Source: Octopus bimaculoides
Lineage: Eukaryota
Direction of reading: 5' to 3'
Length of the DNA stretch: 54,187 nucleotides
Assembly (NCBI RefSeq): GCF_001194135.2
Contig: NC_069005.1
Location: 21,095,841-21,150,027, forward strand
Position 1 is the first letter of the stretch. Each line of letters starts with the position of its first letter. The notes below the pieces were generated by a model. It worked only from the letters and a program-made list of their open reading frames with translations. It did no database searches and was not told the DNA's origin. The translations under genes and the position numbers were made by a program. Positions 1 to 14,552 of the stretch are shown here, in pieces.

Positions 1-81
1 GTGTGTGTGTATGTGTGTGTGTGTGTGTTTGTGTGTCTGTATGCAGTATGCATGTGTGTGTGTATGTCTGCATACAGTATG

Positions 82-138
<57 letters not shown>

Positions 139-201
139 ATACAGTATGTATATGTGTGTGTGTGTGCATACAGTATGCATATATGTGTGTGTGTGTGTGT
201 G
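1..201. repeat. Compound (TG)n microsatellite with TGCATACAGTATG interruptions
   Basis: Directly visible. Similar (CA)n, (TA)n, (CAT)n, (AAC)n and (TACA)n arrays recur and flank most N gaps. Confidence 0.95.
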
Positions 202-443
202 TATTGTATCTCACCACTGCCATATCATGTTAGTGTTGTCCTTTGTTTACAATCTTCCATGAAGAACATGTCTGGCCATGAGGAAATATTTACCTTTGCT
301 TGGAATCAAGGTAAGGGTTGGTAACAGTAAGGACATCAAACTGTAGAAAATCTAACAACAAATTTCATTCAACCAATGCAAGCATGGAAGGAGGACATGA
401 AATGATGACGATAGTGATATATATATGTTTGTGTGTGTGTGCA

Positions 444-1622
444 TCAGGTTGAGTAAAAAGTAAGCAATGTTTTGAATGATGAAGAATTTGTACCAGATTT
501 TTGCAGAGTTTTGAATTTTTTAAAAACCTTTTTTTGCAATTGTCTGATAATACACAGACTTGCCCAAATGCATCAATAAATTAACATTGATATTTTTTTT
601 CACCATTGTTACAATCATCTGAAATGGAAATATCAAAGCACTATATTCGAGCAATTTTGTTATTCAACTTCAAAAAAGAACATAAAGCAGCTGAAACTGC
701 TCGCGATATCAATGAAATGTTTGGTGAGGAAATGACCAGTGAGTGGTCAGCTCGAAAAAGGCTTAAATGATTTCGCAGTGGAGACCTGTCATTGAGAAAG
801 ATCCATGTAAAACCACTCGAGAACTGACAAAAGAACTTCAAGTTAGCCAGAAAACTGCCTGCAACCATTTACATGCAATTGGAAAATCAAAAAAGCTCAA
901 CAAATGGGTACCACTCGATTTGAATAAAAATCAGAAAATGTGCAGATATGACATTTGCTCATCAATTCTTCTCCACAACCAGACCGATCCATTTCTCAAC
1001 CATATTGTAACTTGCGATGAAAAGTGGATTCTATACAATAATAAAAAAGATGTTCTTTGAAATGGTTGGACCAAAATGAAGCACTGAAAACTTTCCCTAA
1101 ACCCGAGCTCTTCAAAAAGAAGGTTACGGTAACTGTTTTGTGGTGTACTGCTGGACTCATCCACTATAACTTCTTAAAACCTGGAAAAAACCATTACTGC
1201 AGGAACATATTGCCATGAAATTGCAAAAATGAATGAAAAACTGCTACTCCTCTGTCTCAGACTGGTCAACAGAAGAGGGCCTATCATTTTTCATGACAAT
1301 GCTCAATCACATGTTTCACTAATGACACTCCAGAAGTTGAGGCAACTGGGCTACGAGGTTCTTCCCCACCCAGCTTATTCCCCAGACCTTTCTCCTGCTG
1401 ACTACCACTTTTCTAAGCACCTTGATGGTTTCCTACGAGAGAAGGAGTTCAAAAATCAAAGTATGTCCAAAGAGTTCGTCAGCTCCAGAACTCCGGAATT
1501 TTATGTTACCAGAATAAACAAACATGTAACTCATTGGCAAAAATGTGTTGATTCTAATGGTACTTACTTTGATGAATAAAATTTCATGCTTCAAAACATT
1601 GCTTACTTTTTACTCAGCCTGA
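444..1622 (+). mobile_element. Degenerate full-length mariner (DD34D, Hsmar1/cecropia-like) transposon
   Basis: TIRs TCAGGTTGAGTAAAAAGTAAGCAATGTTTTGAA and TTCAAAACATTGCTTACTTTTTACTCAGCCTGA; right TA intact, left reads CA. Broken transposase about 624-1579 with WVPLDL, VTCDEKW, HDNAQSH and HPAYSPDLSPADYH. Confidence 0.93.
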
Positions 1623-2258
1623 TATGTATATATTATTCACTTTTACTTGTTTCAATCATTTGACTGTGGCCATGCTGGAGCACCGCCTTTAGTCGAACAA
1701 ATCGACCCCAGGACTTATTCTTTGTAAGCTTAGTACTTATACTATCGGTCTCTTTTTGCCGAACTGCTAAGTGATGGGGATGTAAACACACCAACATCAG
1801 TGTGGAGGGGCAAACACAGACACAAATAACAAATACATATATATACATGTATATATAGAAGCAACATATAAAAGGAATACATATATAAAAGCACAGAATA
1901 TAAAAAACTTGTGTGTGTGTGTGTGTGTGTGTGAGTTTGTGTGTGTGTGTGTGTGTGTATATCCTAGTCTTGAGATCATGTGATGGTTGTAGATGAGCAT
2001 CATTATTATACAAGCAAGGATGTTTGTTTCCAATTTTCTGTGAAAGAAAACTTGTCCAACTATGGGAAAATGTTATTTTGCTTTGACACAGGTGAAGAAT
2101 ATTTTCAGGAAGGGCATTTGGCTGTAGAAAATCTTGCCTCAACAAATTCTGTCTAATCCATGTAAGCTTGGAAAAGTGGACGTATGATGACGACAATGAC
2201 GATGACGATGATGATGTATGACATGGAGTTTTGACAAAGTGTTTGGAGTCAAGCCTGG

Positions 2259-2464
2259 GGTACTAGGACAAAAATCCCTCCTGAGGACAAATCTCCCCTG
2301 GCAATCAGTATCCCCTGGCAGTCAGTATCCCCTGGCAGTCAGTATCCCCTGGAATATTGTTCTTTCTTTGCAATGAAAATATTTTAGGAGAGTGAAATTT
2401 TATTAAAAAAAATTAAAATATTTATTAGTTGAAATTTGTCTGGTGGGGATTTTGTCCTGATACC
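2259..2464. mobile_element. MULE-like MITE with 9-bp TSD
   Basis: Termini GGTACTAGGACAAAAATCCC...GGGATTTTGTCCTGATACC; direct repeat CAAGCCTGG at 2250-2258 and 2465-2473; internal 17-bp tandem CAGTCAGTATCCCCTGG. Confidence 0.8.
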
Positions 2465-3059
2465 CAAGCCTGGAACTCCCATATCATTGCCAAGCGCACC
2501 TCTTCACCATCAAATCTGTAACCATATAGAAAATCACTTCCGAACGTCTCTCAGTATTTACTGTATATTTATCTATTTACATACCTTTCATACCTCTACA
2601 TAATAGATTCCCATGTCAGTTAGTCAGAACTAGTAACCCAAGTACTTTAGCCTCACTCTCAGCCAACGATTTCATATTCTCTCTCTGTTTCAAACTAAAC
2701 AGTCTTTTGGAACATTACCAAGTAGGAATCTAATTTTAGATTTTCCAGAATACTTTTGCTCTTCTCTTTCCTTTCCATTTTTTTTTTTATTTCGTGTTAT
2801 ATTTCATTTTTGCGTTGTTTTCTTTATGTTGCTTTTATTTTGTTTGTTTTGCTAACCACTCCTTATATACTAATTACCATTGGAAGTATTGGTAACACAT
2901 CCTAAATACATGTATATGTGTGTGTGTGTGCTCATGCATGTGTGTGTGTGAGTACACACACAAATAACGACATGCACATCACACACGCATGCACACACAC
3001 ACACATATGCACACACACACACATATGCACACACATACACGCTCATGCATCATCATCAC

Positions 3060-3093
<34 letters not shown>

Positions 3094-3687
3094 GTTTAAC
3101 GTCCATCTTCCATTAATTGGTAGCAGTGTTAGGGCATTGGATAGAATGCCTGGCAGGATTCCTTTTGACTCTCTGTGTTGCGAGTTCAAATTCAAATGTT
3201 GCTAAGGTCAATTTTTTCCCCATTCATTGTTATAGGATCAATCAATAAAAATACCTTTCTATTCAAGATGGCGGATTGGTAAAATTGTTGATACTCAACA
3301 AGATGCTGTTTGATGTTTGTCGTGGCTCTACATTTCATTGGCAATGCCTGCAATGATGCTGGGTATCAATGTATATTAGTCTTGCTCTCTTGGCTAACAT
3401 TGGTGCAAAGAGGGAGGTGACTTGATGTGCAAGTCAGTTTTCTCTCCCTGAGAAAAATCACCTCTTTCCCTGCCACAAGTGGGCAGCTGCTAGACGCTTA
3501 CAAAAAGAAAATAATAATTTACCCAGGCTTGCACCCTGTGAGAGGGTCCTTTCTATATATATATATATAGGTGTGGGTGTGTGGTAAGAAGTTTGCTTCC
3601 CAACCATATGGTTCCTACTTCAGTCCCACTGCAAGGTACTTGTGGTACTCAGGCCATCTGCAACAGAAGAATAAGGCCATTGAAAAC

Positions 3688-3756
<69 letters not shown>

Positions 3757-3868
3757 NNNNNNNNNNNNNNNNNNNNNNNNNNNNNNNNNNNNNNNNNNNN
3801 NNNNNNNNNNNNNNNNNNNNNNNNNNNNNNNNNNNNNNNNNNNNNNNNNNNNNNNNNNNNNNNNNNNN

Positions 3869-3931
<63 letters not shown>

Positions 3932-4610
3932 GATGTGAATGCAAGCATGGCTCAATGATTAAAAAGTTTGTTTCACAATCATGAGGTCTCAGGTTCAATC
4001 CATTGCATGGCATCTTGTGCAAATGTCTTTTACCACAGCCACTGGCTGACTGATGCCTTGTGAGTGAAATTCTGCAAATAGACACTGTGTAACAGCCCAT
4101 CAAATTCACTTTGCTTGTAATTTAATGAGCTTGCCTCCTTTGTGTTAAGTTGATTCTGCCTTAAGAATATACATAGCTGTGCAGTACTCAACAACTTAAT
4201 TCAATTCCACTTAATCAAATAACTGTGATAAGAAGCTTGCTTCCCAACCACATGGTTCCGGGTTCAGGCCTACTGTGTGGTACCTTGGGCAAGTGTCCTT
4301 TACTATAGCCTTGGGCCGATCCAAACCTTGTCGGTGGATTTGGTAGATGGAAACTGAAAGAAGCCTGTTGTATATATATATTTATATATTTGTGTGTGTG
4401 TATTTGTATCTGTGTTAGTTCCCCACCTCCATTACTTGACAACCGATGTTGGTGTGTTTACATCCCCATAACTTAGCATTTCAACAGAAGAGACAGATAG
4501 AATAAGTACCAGGTTTACAAAGAATAAGCCCAGGGGGCGATTTCTTCAACTAGAAGGTGGTGCTCCAGCATGGCTCCAGTCAAATGACTGAAAAGAGTAA
4601 AAGAATGAAC

Positions 4611-4661
<51 letters not shown>

Positions 4662-6800
4662 GGTGTGGGTGTGTGGTAAGAAGTTTGCTTCCCAACCATA
4701 TGATTCTTGGTTCAGTCCCACTGCGTGGTACTCTGGATAAGGGTCTTCTACTATAGCCTTGGACTAACCAAAGCCTTGTGAGTAGATTTGATAGACAGAA
4801 ACTGAAAGAAGCCTGTCATATATGTGTGTGTGTGTGTGTGTGTATGTTTGTCCCCCACACCACTGCTTTTCAACCGGTCTTGGTGTGTTTCCGTCCCCAT
4901 GACTTAGCAGTTCAGGAAAAAGGACCTATAGAGTAAGTACCAGGCTTAAAAAATAAACATGTTTTGGGGTTAATTCATTTTTACTAGAATTCTTCAAGCA
5001 TGACCACAGTTTGATGACTGGATCAAGTGAAAGATAGAAAATATATTGAGTGTGTGTGTGTGTGTATGTATGTATGGAAATGCTACTCTGAGCGTTAACT
5101 GAACAAGAAAAATATGTGTGGGAGAGAGAGAGGGAGCAACCCTANNNNNNNNNNNNNNNNNNNNNNNNNNNNNNNNNNNNNNNNNNNNNNNNNNNNNNNN
5201 NNNNNNNNNNNNNNNNNNNNNNNNNNNNNNNNNNNNNNNNNNNNNNNNNNNNNNNNNNNNNNNNNNNNNNNNNNNNNNNNNNNNNNNNNNNNNNNNNNNN
5301 NNNNNNNNNNNNNNNNNNNNNNNNNNNNNNNNNNNNNNNNNNNNNNNNNNNNNNNNNNNNNNNNNNNNNNNNNNNNNNNNNNNNNNNNNNNNTTTTTTTT
5401 TTTTTTAGTTTGTTAAATAAATTATTTCAGATGTTTGTCTTCCTTTGGTTTTCAAACTAAACCAGTAAATTAGAATATGTTGATATTTACTAATGACTTA
5501 ATTTCAGCAAGCTGGCAGAATCGTTAGGATGCTGGGCAAAATGCGTAATGGCATTTTGTCTGCCTTCACATTCTGAGTTCAAATGTTACCAGGATCGACT
5601 GCCATTCATCCTTTTAGGGTTGATAAAATAAGTATCAGTTGAATACTGAGGTGGATGTAGTCGACTTACCCCACTCCTCAGAATTACTGGCCTTGTGCCA
5701 GAATTTGAAATCAATATTTATTAATGATTCAAGGCAGAATTGTTATCACACCAAAAAAATTGCTTAGCAGTTTTTCTTCCAATTTTATATTTTGAGCTCA
5801 GATGCTGCCAACATCAACTTTGCCTTTCATCCTTTTGCAGTCGATAAAACAAGTACCAGTTGAACACCGGGGTCGATGTAATTGATTTACCCACTCCCCA
5901 AAATTACTGGCATTGTGCCAAATATTAAGACCAGGATCTATTTCCAGACGAGATGACAAAGGACTGAGATACCTGGCACCTTGTTGTACTCAAGAAGACC
6001 CGTCCTCCACAGCAGAAGTGTCAAGGCCGCTCCCCCTGGTGAAAGAGGATTGACCTGCAAGAGTCCTCTGCTGGTGCCATGTAAAAGGCACTTGTGCCGG
6101 TGCCACATAATAAGCACCCATGCTGGTTTCACATAAAAACGCTCATGCCAGTAGAACATTAAAAGCACCCAGCACCCACTGTAAAAATAGTTGGTGTTAG
6201 GAAGCTAGGAAGAGCATCCAGCCATAGAAGCCAAGCCATATTAGGCTGGAACCTGGTGCAGCTTCCTAGCTTGCCAGCTCTGGTCCAACCATCCAACCCA
6301 TGCCAGCATGGAAAATGGATGTTAAAGGATGATGATAATCTATTAAAAGAAAGAGAGCTTCAAATTGGAGAAAATAATCATTGTGATATTTTGGTGTCAT
6401 CTTTACACACAAACATGGAATTTATGTAAGGATTATTCATTGAGGAAATGTGTGCTGATCATGCTTTCATTAGGGAATGGCAAGGATTTTAAAAAATTAA
6501 TATACTAATATATTTTAAACATAGGCACAGGTATGGCTGTGTGGACAGGTACAGGTGTGGCTGTGTGGACAGGTACAGGTGTGGCTGTGTGGTAAGAAGT
6601 TTGTTTCCCAACTACATGGTTCTGGGTTCAGTCACGCTACGTGACACCTTAGGTATGGGTCTTCTCATGCCAAAGCCTTGTGAGTGGATTTGGTAGACGG
6701 AAACTAAAAGAAGCCTGTTGTGTGTGTGTGTCTTTGTGCATGTGTTTTTTCTCCCACCACCACTTGACAACCAGTGTTGGTGTATTTACTTCCTCGTAAC

Positions 6801-7510
6801 TTTAGCGTTCAGATTACTTTGTGAAAATAATTCTTATTTATTCATTCTGTTTTGAATTATTCATGCAATATCTTGTAACTTTGACTGTATTTTTTAGGAT
6901 AACATTTCAGGTTAAGTATAAGAGGGCAGATCTAGCCAATTTGAACTTAAAATAGACAGAATATTTTAACCACTTTAAATGCTAGAAGGTTAATTAATTA
7001 TCCTTAATTACCCATACAGCTTTAACTTTTTAGCATTTAATCCAGCCATACTTGGTCCAAATATCTTACCTGTTTTATGTTAAAACTGACCAAACAACCT
7101 CTGATTCCTACCTTACAATGTCATTCTAAAAATATACAAACACACCATTGAAATCTCTAAGATAATGTGTGATTAATTCAAAACGATGTGAATCAATAAG
7201 CATTACGATTGACAAAGAAATCTGAATGCTACAGGGTTAATGATTTATTTTTGATTTTGTAGATTATCTTTGGACAAAAATATACTTAACTTTTTTCTAT
7301 ATCAGAAAACATAATTTACTGATTGACAAACATGTCTAACCTTTTAGCATTCAGATTTCTCTGTCAAATGTAACACTTATTTAATTTATTCCCATTAATC
7401 TAAATTAGTCATTCAATACCTTGTAGCTTTGAGATTTCAATGACACAATTGTGTGAGAGGCCAGATTTGGCCAGTTTGAATATTTTGACTGGATATGGCT
7501 GGTTTAAAAG
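6801..7510. mobile_element. Three alternating-orientation copies of a TTAA-terminated MITE family
   Basis: Copies about 6801-6993 (+), 7022-7240 (-) and 7336-7510 (+) share CCTTTAGCATTCAGATT...AATGCTAAAGGGTTAA-like ends. Further copies at about 28360-28590 and 50190-50418. Confidence 0.7.
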
Positions 7511-7862
7511 GACCCACAGTTGTATAGGCCAAAACATAGGTCCATAGTTGTCCCTTGCCTACAAAAATCAAACTGTCCTTTCTTTAAGCATGTAAATTAA
7601 CTCAAGGAATTTAGGGATGTGTAGCCCTGGACAAACACTGTTTGAATTTTTGAAAAAAATGATACAGTTATGTCAAGAATAATTTTGATCATAAGTCTAC
7701 TTGATAAAGGCTGACCTGGGGTTAAACAACAACTGTAACCACTAATACTAACTACTATAGTAAACATTAGATAAGGTAATCCTAGATACATTATGCCTGA
7801 TAAGATCACAGCTTGGACAGCTTTGATCATGGATCTACCGGATCAGGACTGACCTATGACTC

Positions 7863-7899
<37 letters not shown>

Positions 7900-8192
7900 C
7901 TATTATAAATACTGACTATTCTGGTCACTAATACTTTTATACTGTTCCTTGGCTAATTTAGACATAGGTAGACTCTCTATGAATAAAAAAAACAGGGTGT
8001 TCGCAGCTGGAACCTTTAATCATAGATTTAATTAAACAGGACCAACATATGGTCAACAACAACAATAAGCAAGGTATCATAACTAAGCACTGGCTCTTTG
8101 AAAAGACCCCCCCCCCCCATGTATTTGTAGACCTTTTCAGTTGTGACTACATTAGAGTTTTATATTAATAGTGGTAACTCTTCTCTTTGCAG

Positions 8193-8228
8193 GTGGCGGC
8201 ATTGCTGTTGGTTCCTTGGTATTGATTG
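8193..8228 (+). CDS. ELP4: ELP4 internal exon (36 nt; (G)GGIAVGSLVLI; phase 1/1)
   Basis: Acceptor ttctctttgcag and donor G|gtaaat. Matches the human GGGLAVGTVLLI segment. Confidence 0.9.
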
Positions 8229-9046
8229 GTAAATATATCTCTTGTTATTTGTTGTCTTGCATCATGTTGATAGGAGGGCTAAAACTGAGTTGTTGGTAAT
8301 GAGGACTGAAGCAAACCCAGGGGTTAGCTAGTCTTAACTTGATCTGTGCAATGTAGAAGTTGAACGTTGCTACCATTTACCTCCCCTTCTCCCTAGAGTC
8401 ACTCATTTTGAAAATCCATCTCTCACTCTCAATGTCATCCTTTCCCACTTTGTTTTCCATGGATCACCCTTTACTGTGCTTCCAGTTACATCTCTCTCTC
8501 TCTCCTCTCAGCTACATCTTAGAACTGCCACACTTCATCTTTAACACGTCTCTTATCTGCAACTATTCTCATCACTGTCACATATCTGTCACTAATAGCT
8601 CCCCCCCTCCCCCACCTTTGTCCCCNNNNNNNNNNNNNNNNNNNNNNNNNNNNNNNNNNNNNNNNNNNNNNNNNNNNNNNNNNNNNNNNNNNNNNNNNNN
8701 NNNNNNNNNNNNNNNNNNNNNNNNNNNNNNNNNNNNNNNNNNNNNNNNNNNNNNNNNNNNNNNNNNNNNNNNNNNNNNNNNNNNNNNNNNNNNNNNNNNN
8801 NNNNNNNNNNNNNNNNNNNNNNNNNNNNNNNNNNNNNNNNNNNNNNNNNNNNNNNNNNNNNNNNNNNNNNNNNNNNNNNNNNNNNNNNNNNNNNNNNNNN
8901 NNNNNNNNNNNNNNNNNNNNNNNNNNNNNNNNNNNNNNNNNNNNNNNNNNNNNNNNNNNNNNNNNNNNNNNNNNNNNNNNNNNNNNNNNNNNNNNNNNNN
9001 NNNNNNNNNNNNNNNNNNNNNNNNNNNNNNNNNNNNNNNNNNNNNN

Positions 9047-9106
<60 letters not shown>

Positions 9107-9447
9107 GATATTTCACTTTGGCATTGCAAAACTAACAACCTGGTGTAGAACTCAATATCTGTATGCTTTTGAATGAAGCGTTAGATGAGTATAGAGCGGT
9201 AACAAGAGAATGAGATGACAAAAGAATAACCAATTATCTTATGAACTTCATTAGCTTACAGCTGTTTCCACTATAAGGTGTTGTGAACTCATAGTTGAGT
9301 ACCTGAGTAACACCTTACAGTTTCATCAGAGCCTCAAACATGAAGTGCAATTTATTTGGGCAAACAAAGACATTTAAGTATACATAGAAGAAGGCAATTA
9401 CCAGTTCCTAAGATTATTATCCGTTGTTCCTTTGCCATCTCTTTTCT

Positions 9448-9488
<41 letters not shown>

Positions 9489-11133
9489 TTCAAGGGTTGA
9501 ACAGAAAGAACAACAAAGACAAAAATTAGATGAAAACACAGCAAACAGAAAACGAGAGGAAACATAAATGGAAAATTAGACAAAAACACAATACATGGAA
9601 AATTTGCAGCTGATTTCCCCCTTAGTCAATGTCCAAGACATCTTAGTGGTTTTGTGCTTTTAACATTGAGAGTACTCCATCTTGGCAGTGCTAGAGCACT
9701 AAGCTTCTGGGAAAAGCTAACAAGTGTATACAAAGACAGAAACAAACAAGACAAGCTAAAATAATAATACATATGCAACAAAAGAATAATACAAATACAA
9801 CAGAAAATGAGTAATTATACATATACAACAGAAAGAGCCTTTCAGCTATCAAATTAATGTAGTGAGGTGGCACAAAGGAGAAATATATATATATATGACC
9901 GAGATGCCTGGCATCTTGGCATACTGACAAAGGACCGAGGTGCCTGGTGCCTTGCCATACTCAAGAAGACCTGTACTCCACCGCAGAAGTGTTACGACTG
10001 ACCCTTCTGGTGGTGTACAGCACTTGTGGTAGTGCCACAAAAAAGCACCCATGCTGTGACATGTAAAAGAGCCTGTGTGGTGCCACGTAAAAGTAACCAG
10101 CACACTCTGTAAAGTGGTTGGTGTAAGGAAGGGCATCCAGCTATGGAAACCATGCCAAACAGACTGGAGTCTAGTGCAGCTCCCCAGTTTGCTGCTCTGG
10201 TCAAACTGTTCAACCTATGCCAGCATGGACAATGGACGATGATGATGATGATGATAATGATAATTATATCTCTCTGCCAAATTAGATTGGAGCCTGGTGT
10301 TGCCATCTGGTTTCACCAGTCCTCAGTCAAATCGTCCAACCCATGCTAGCATGGAAAGCGGACGTTAAACGATGATGATGATGATGATGTAGGTGCAGGC
10401 ATGGCTGTATGGAAACTCTGCTGAAGCCTAACTCTTCGAAACGCTTAGTTTTAGAATGGTGGCAGCTGATGAAGTAAATGTTCTCTATGTGGCCTGTGTG
10501 TTTTCTGTACTCCGTTTATCATTTTGTCTACGTTTTGTTTGCAACGTCATGTACCCAGATATGCATCTATATATACAGGTAGATGTAGGTATGTACATAC
10601 ATGTACGTATATATATGCATTTACTCATTTATTATTTGTATTATATATATATATATATATATATCAGAAGTGGATTTTCTATGGCCAGATGCCCATCCTG
10701 TTGCCAACCCTCACCTGTGGCTGGATGTGTTTTCATGGAAGATCAGAAATTAATGACATTGCTTGTGTGACAGTGACACTCATTCTCAGCTGTCACACAC
10801 ACTCACACAAACACACATATTTACTCTATTTGCCTGTGTTTATATTTGTGTCTCTTTGTCATGTGTTAGTTGCTAAAGAGTATTACCATCATATGAGCCA
10901 TGTCCTTTGCTTCCAACCTGCCTTGGAAACCTATCCATGATAGGAAATATCTTATTTTGTAACAGGTGAGGGTTGGTAACAGGAAGTGTATCTGGCCATT
11001 GAAAAATCTGTCTCAATGAATTCATGCAAGCATGAGAAAATGTGGATGTTGAAATAAAATGAGTGCACACAGATTCACATACTGCTTATATCTACCAAAT
11101 TTTAATGAGGGGAATTTCTCTCTTGTTTTGTAG

Positions 11134-11241
11134 GAACTACCGAAACCTATTGTTGATGATGTCACCCCGGCACAGTCAAACATGATGCAGACAGATGAAA
11201 TGAAGATAGCTTGGCGTTACCAACATCTTAATAAATACCAG
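11134..11241 (+). CDS. ELP4: ELP4 exon (108 nt; ELPKPIVDD...EMKIAWRYQHLNKYQ; phase 0/0)
   Basis: Acceptor cttgttttgtag, donor CAG|gtgggt; conserved MKIAWRYQ motif. Confidence 0.95.
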
Positions 11242-12101
11242 GTGGGTCTGCGCAGCACTGAGTGTATGCAGGGCAATATATGATATAGTACTGCATGTGG
11301 TGGCACATGGCTTAGTGGTTAGAGCATTGGGCTCACAATCATAAGATAGTGAGTTCGATGCCCAGACTAGGTTGTGTGTTGTTCTTGAGCAAGACACTTT
11401 ATTTCACATTGCTCCAGTTCGTTCAGCTGTGAAAATGAGTTGCAACATCACTGGTGCCAAGCTGTATCAGCCTTTGTGTTTCCCATGGGTAACACTGGTG
11501 GTGTGGAGAGGGGAGGCTTGTATGCATGGGTGACTGCCGGTCTTCCATAAGCAACCTTCCCCAGATTTGTGCCTCAGAGGGTAACTTTCTAGGTGCAATA
11601 CCATGGTCATTCCTGACCGAAGGGGGTCTTTACCCTATTGTGTGTGGTGAGGATTATGACTGTTAGGGCAAGGAAGTATGGTAGTGCATATAAATTGAGT
11701 GAATCTGATGCCATCTTCAAAATGTATAAAAAATGAAGTAGCACAGTATTTTTTTTCCCAACCAACGTGAGTGATAATGCTCAAGATGTTAATTAACCTA
11801 CTACATAAATGTTTAAAATGTAATTAATTAGTTATTGTCACATGTCAACTAAGACCAGTGTGTGGGAAACTTTGAGCTGATGGATGCATTTGATGTGAAA
11901 TAATTTGAAGATTAATTTTCATTACAGGCTTGAAATATCTGTCCTTTGTTTGTATGGAGATAAGAAAAGGTTTTGTTCAAAATGAGAAAGTTGAAATCAG
12001 TTGATCAAAAGAAACAAAGGATGTTAGAAGGATTTTTTTGTCCTTAGTATTCACACAGATACTTGGTTGTTCAGGTGTCTATATAGCAGGACACACCACA
12101 T

Positions 12102-12360
12102 TAGTGGTTCCCAACCATTTTTTGTCTATGGTTCCCTTTGAATTCTATTTTACTCTACTAGACCTCCAGAGCAATTCGATGTATATTAAAAAATATCCTA
12201 CTGTATTTTTATAATTAAATATTATTAGGAATGGCCATACAAAAAATATTTGATATTTTGTGTATTGTAGAAGTTTAAGCAATTTATTGCAGATAAATTT
12301 TAACTGTAAAATCATATATGGACCTCTGAGGGCTAAATGGACCCCGATTAAGGACCACTA
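12102..12360. mobile_element. hAT-type MITE (degenerate)
   Basis: TAGTGGTTCCCAACC...GGACCACTA ends with imperfect 8-bp TSD caccacat/cactccat. Related copies at about 27325-27630, 39335-39560 and 53672-54009. Confidence 0.6.
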
Positions 12361-12425
12361 CACTCCATCTCCTTACCTTTCAACAAGTTTCAAATTTGGA
12401 GTGAAAGGTGTCCTGATAGACACAA

Positions 12426-12469
<44 letters not shown>

Positions 12470-13099
12470 CTGAATTTGTGTGCCTGTATGTGTGTGCCAA
12501 TAAATGAATGTATGTGTGTGTGAATCTGAGTCTGTGTGTATGTGTGTGTGTGAATCTGAGTCTGTATGTGTGTGTGTCAAAAAATGAATGTGTCTGCATG
12601 TATATATTTGGAAGAATAGAAAACAAATGAGCTCAATGATATTCCAAAAATTTTATTTGTTCTCTTTGACAGCCATTTCGAAAACCCCACTTGAAAGCAA
12701 TGTCAACTCTATAATAAGCACCTAATTAATTGTAATTATTAAATCAATTCAGTTATATGTGACATGACAGTCATTTCATCAGAAAGATTTTTGAAAAATG
12801 TAGGCACAGTCATGTCTGTGGTATGTGCAGGCATGGGTGCGTGGTTAAGAAGTTTGCTTTCCCCAACTGCATCAGTTCAGGTTCAATCTTACTGTGTGGC
12901 ACCTGGGGCAAGTGTCTTCTACTATAATCCTGACTTGTACATGGGTTTGGTAGATGGAAACTGAAAGAAACCCATCATGTGTGTGTGTGTGTACACACAC
13001 ACTTATAAAGCACTCAGTTTACTCTGTAAATTATCTTAATTTTTCAAAATTAAGATAAACAAAGTTCTCTTTTAATCTAAAATATACTCTCTTCCATCT

Positions 13100-13450
13100 A
13101 TCTGGTAGATGGAAGGCCCTTCTTCCAAAATTCAAGGCCTTTCTTCCAAAATTCAAGGCCTTTCTTCCAAAATTCACTTGTCCGTGATGAAAAATACTCT
13201 TCCAGTACTGTTCTGGCCTTGTCTACAACATTCATATTTTTCACACCCAAATGATTTTCAAGACTGTGGAATATATGTTAATCAGATGGGGCAATGACCA
13301 GCATAGATGGTGGGTCGGGCATTGTTTCCCATTCAAACTGCTCCAGCCTTTGGAATGTCATCCTCACTGTATGTGGCTGAGCATTATCCTGAGGGAAGAA
13401 CACCCTTTGTCTTGAAACCAAAGATGGTCGTTCTTCTTATAAATGCATCC
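13100..13450 (-). mobile_element. Mariner transposase 3' fragment
   Basis: Minus-strand translation gives a degenerate DNAQPHTVRMTFQRLEQFEWETMPDPP...APSD.HIFHSLENHL segment. Confidence 0.7.
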
Positions 13451-13900
13451 TTTTCAAGAAATATGTTATCTTTTGTTCTATAAACTCATAAAAACCCTGA
13501 CGAGTTTCTACCCCATATAGTTAAAAATTATACCTATTCTTAGCATATAACCAAATGCTTCGTTCAATTAGGAGCATGAACCAAAACATATATGTAGGTT
13601 TTTCACATCTGCCTTTACTTTTCAAGCTTTAGAATTTATGATTTATTTGTAATGTTATTATAAAAAATTTCAACATTTTTATATCATACAAATAAATTAT
13701 TTATACATCTATCTTTCTCCATTTTCTTTCTTTCAATATTAATAATATGTATTACTACAAAAATCCCTAAAATATCATCGAAATGTTCTCGTTATATGAT
13801 AGTGATTAACCTGTGGAATTTTTGGGATTATATAATCCCTAATGTGGATCTAACATCCTTGAATTGACTATATATATGTATGTATCTATATATGTACGTA

Positions 13901-13962
<62 letters not shown>

Positions 13963-13984
13963 TATAACTGTATCAGATTGCCAT

Positions 13985-14552
13985 AAGGGAAGCTAGGAGA
14001 CAGGTTTACTTAGCCAGAGGGGAAGCAGATAAGAAAAAATTTTCCAATGTTCTGCATTATAAGGACCGAAGCTTGAAGTGTTTTGTATTGCAAAACAGTG
14101 TGCGAGAGAGAATCATGATGTCGTAGGAGAGAAATGTGTCAGCATGGATCATGGCTCACTTGCATTTAGTGATGCTGCAAAGAGAGAAAGACTTGGAGAC
14201 ACTACTATGAAAGGCTGCTAAATGAGGAGAATGAATGGGAGAAAGAGAGTCTGCCAAGTGTCAATCCAACAGAGGGACCAGCTATCTGAATTGACAGTAG
14301 CTTGGTAGATAAAGCAATTAAGGGTATGAAGACAGGGCAAACCCCTGGCCCATCAGGAATCACTGCAGAGATGGTTAAAAGATCTGGTGGTGTAGGCTAT
14401 AGTCTAGTCACCTGTATAGTCAACCAGGTGATACATGAAACAGTCATACCCAATGACTGGTGTAGCAGCACTATAGTCAAATGCTACAAAGGGAAATGTG
14501 ATGCATTAGATGGGAATAATTACAGGGGTATCAAATTATTGGATCAGGTGAT
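13985..14552 (+). mobile_element. RTE LINE reverse-transcriptase fragment
   Basis: ORF 14302-14568: KAIKGMKTGQTPGPSGITAEM...PNDWCSSTIVKCYKGK.DALDGNNYRGIKLLDQVM, the pre-RT region typical of RTE. Confidence 0.85.

Noticed and set aside
1-324. Long MCVCVC/HTHT-type ORFs here and elsewhere (e.g. 2918-3205, 12260-12626, 25123-25531, 42543-42906)
   Set aside because: Translations of microsatellites, which lack stops by construction.
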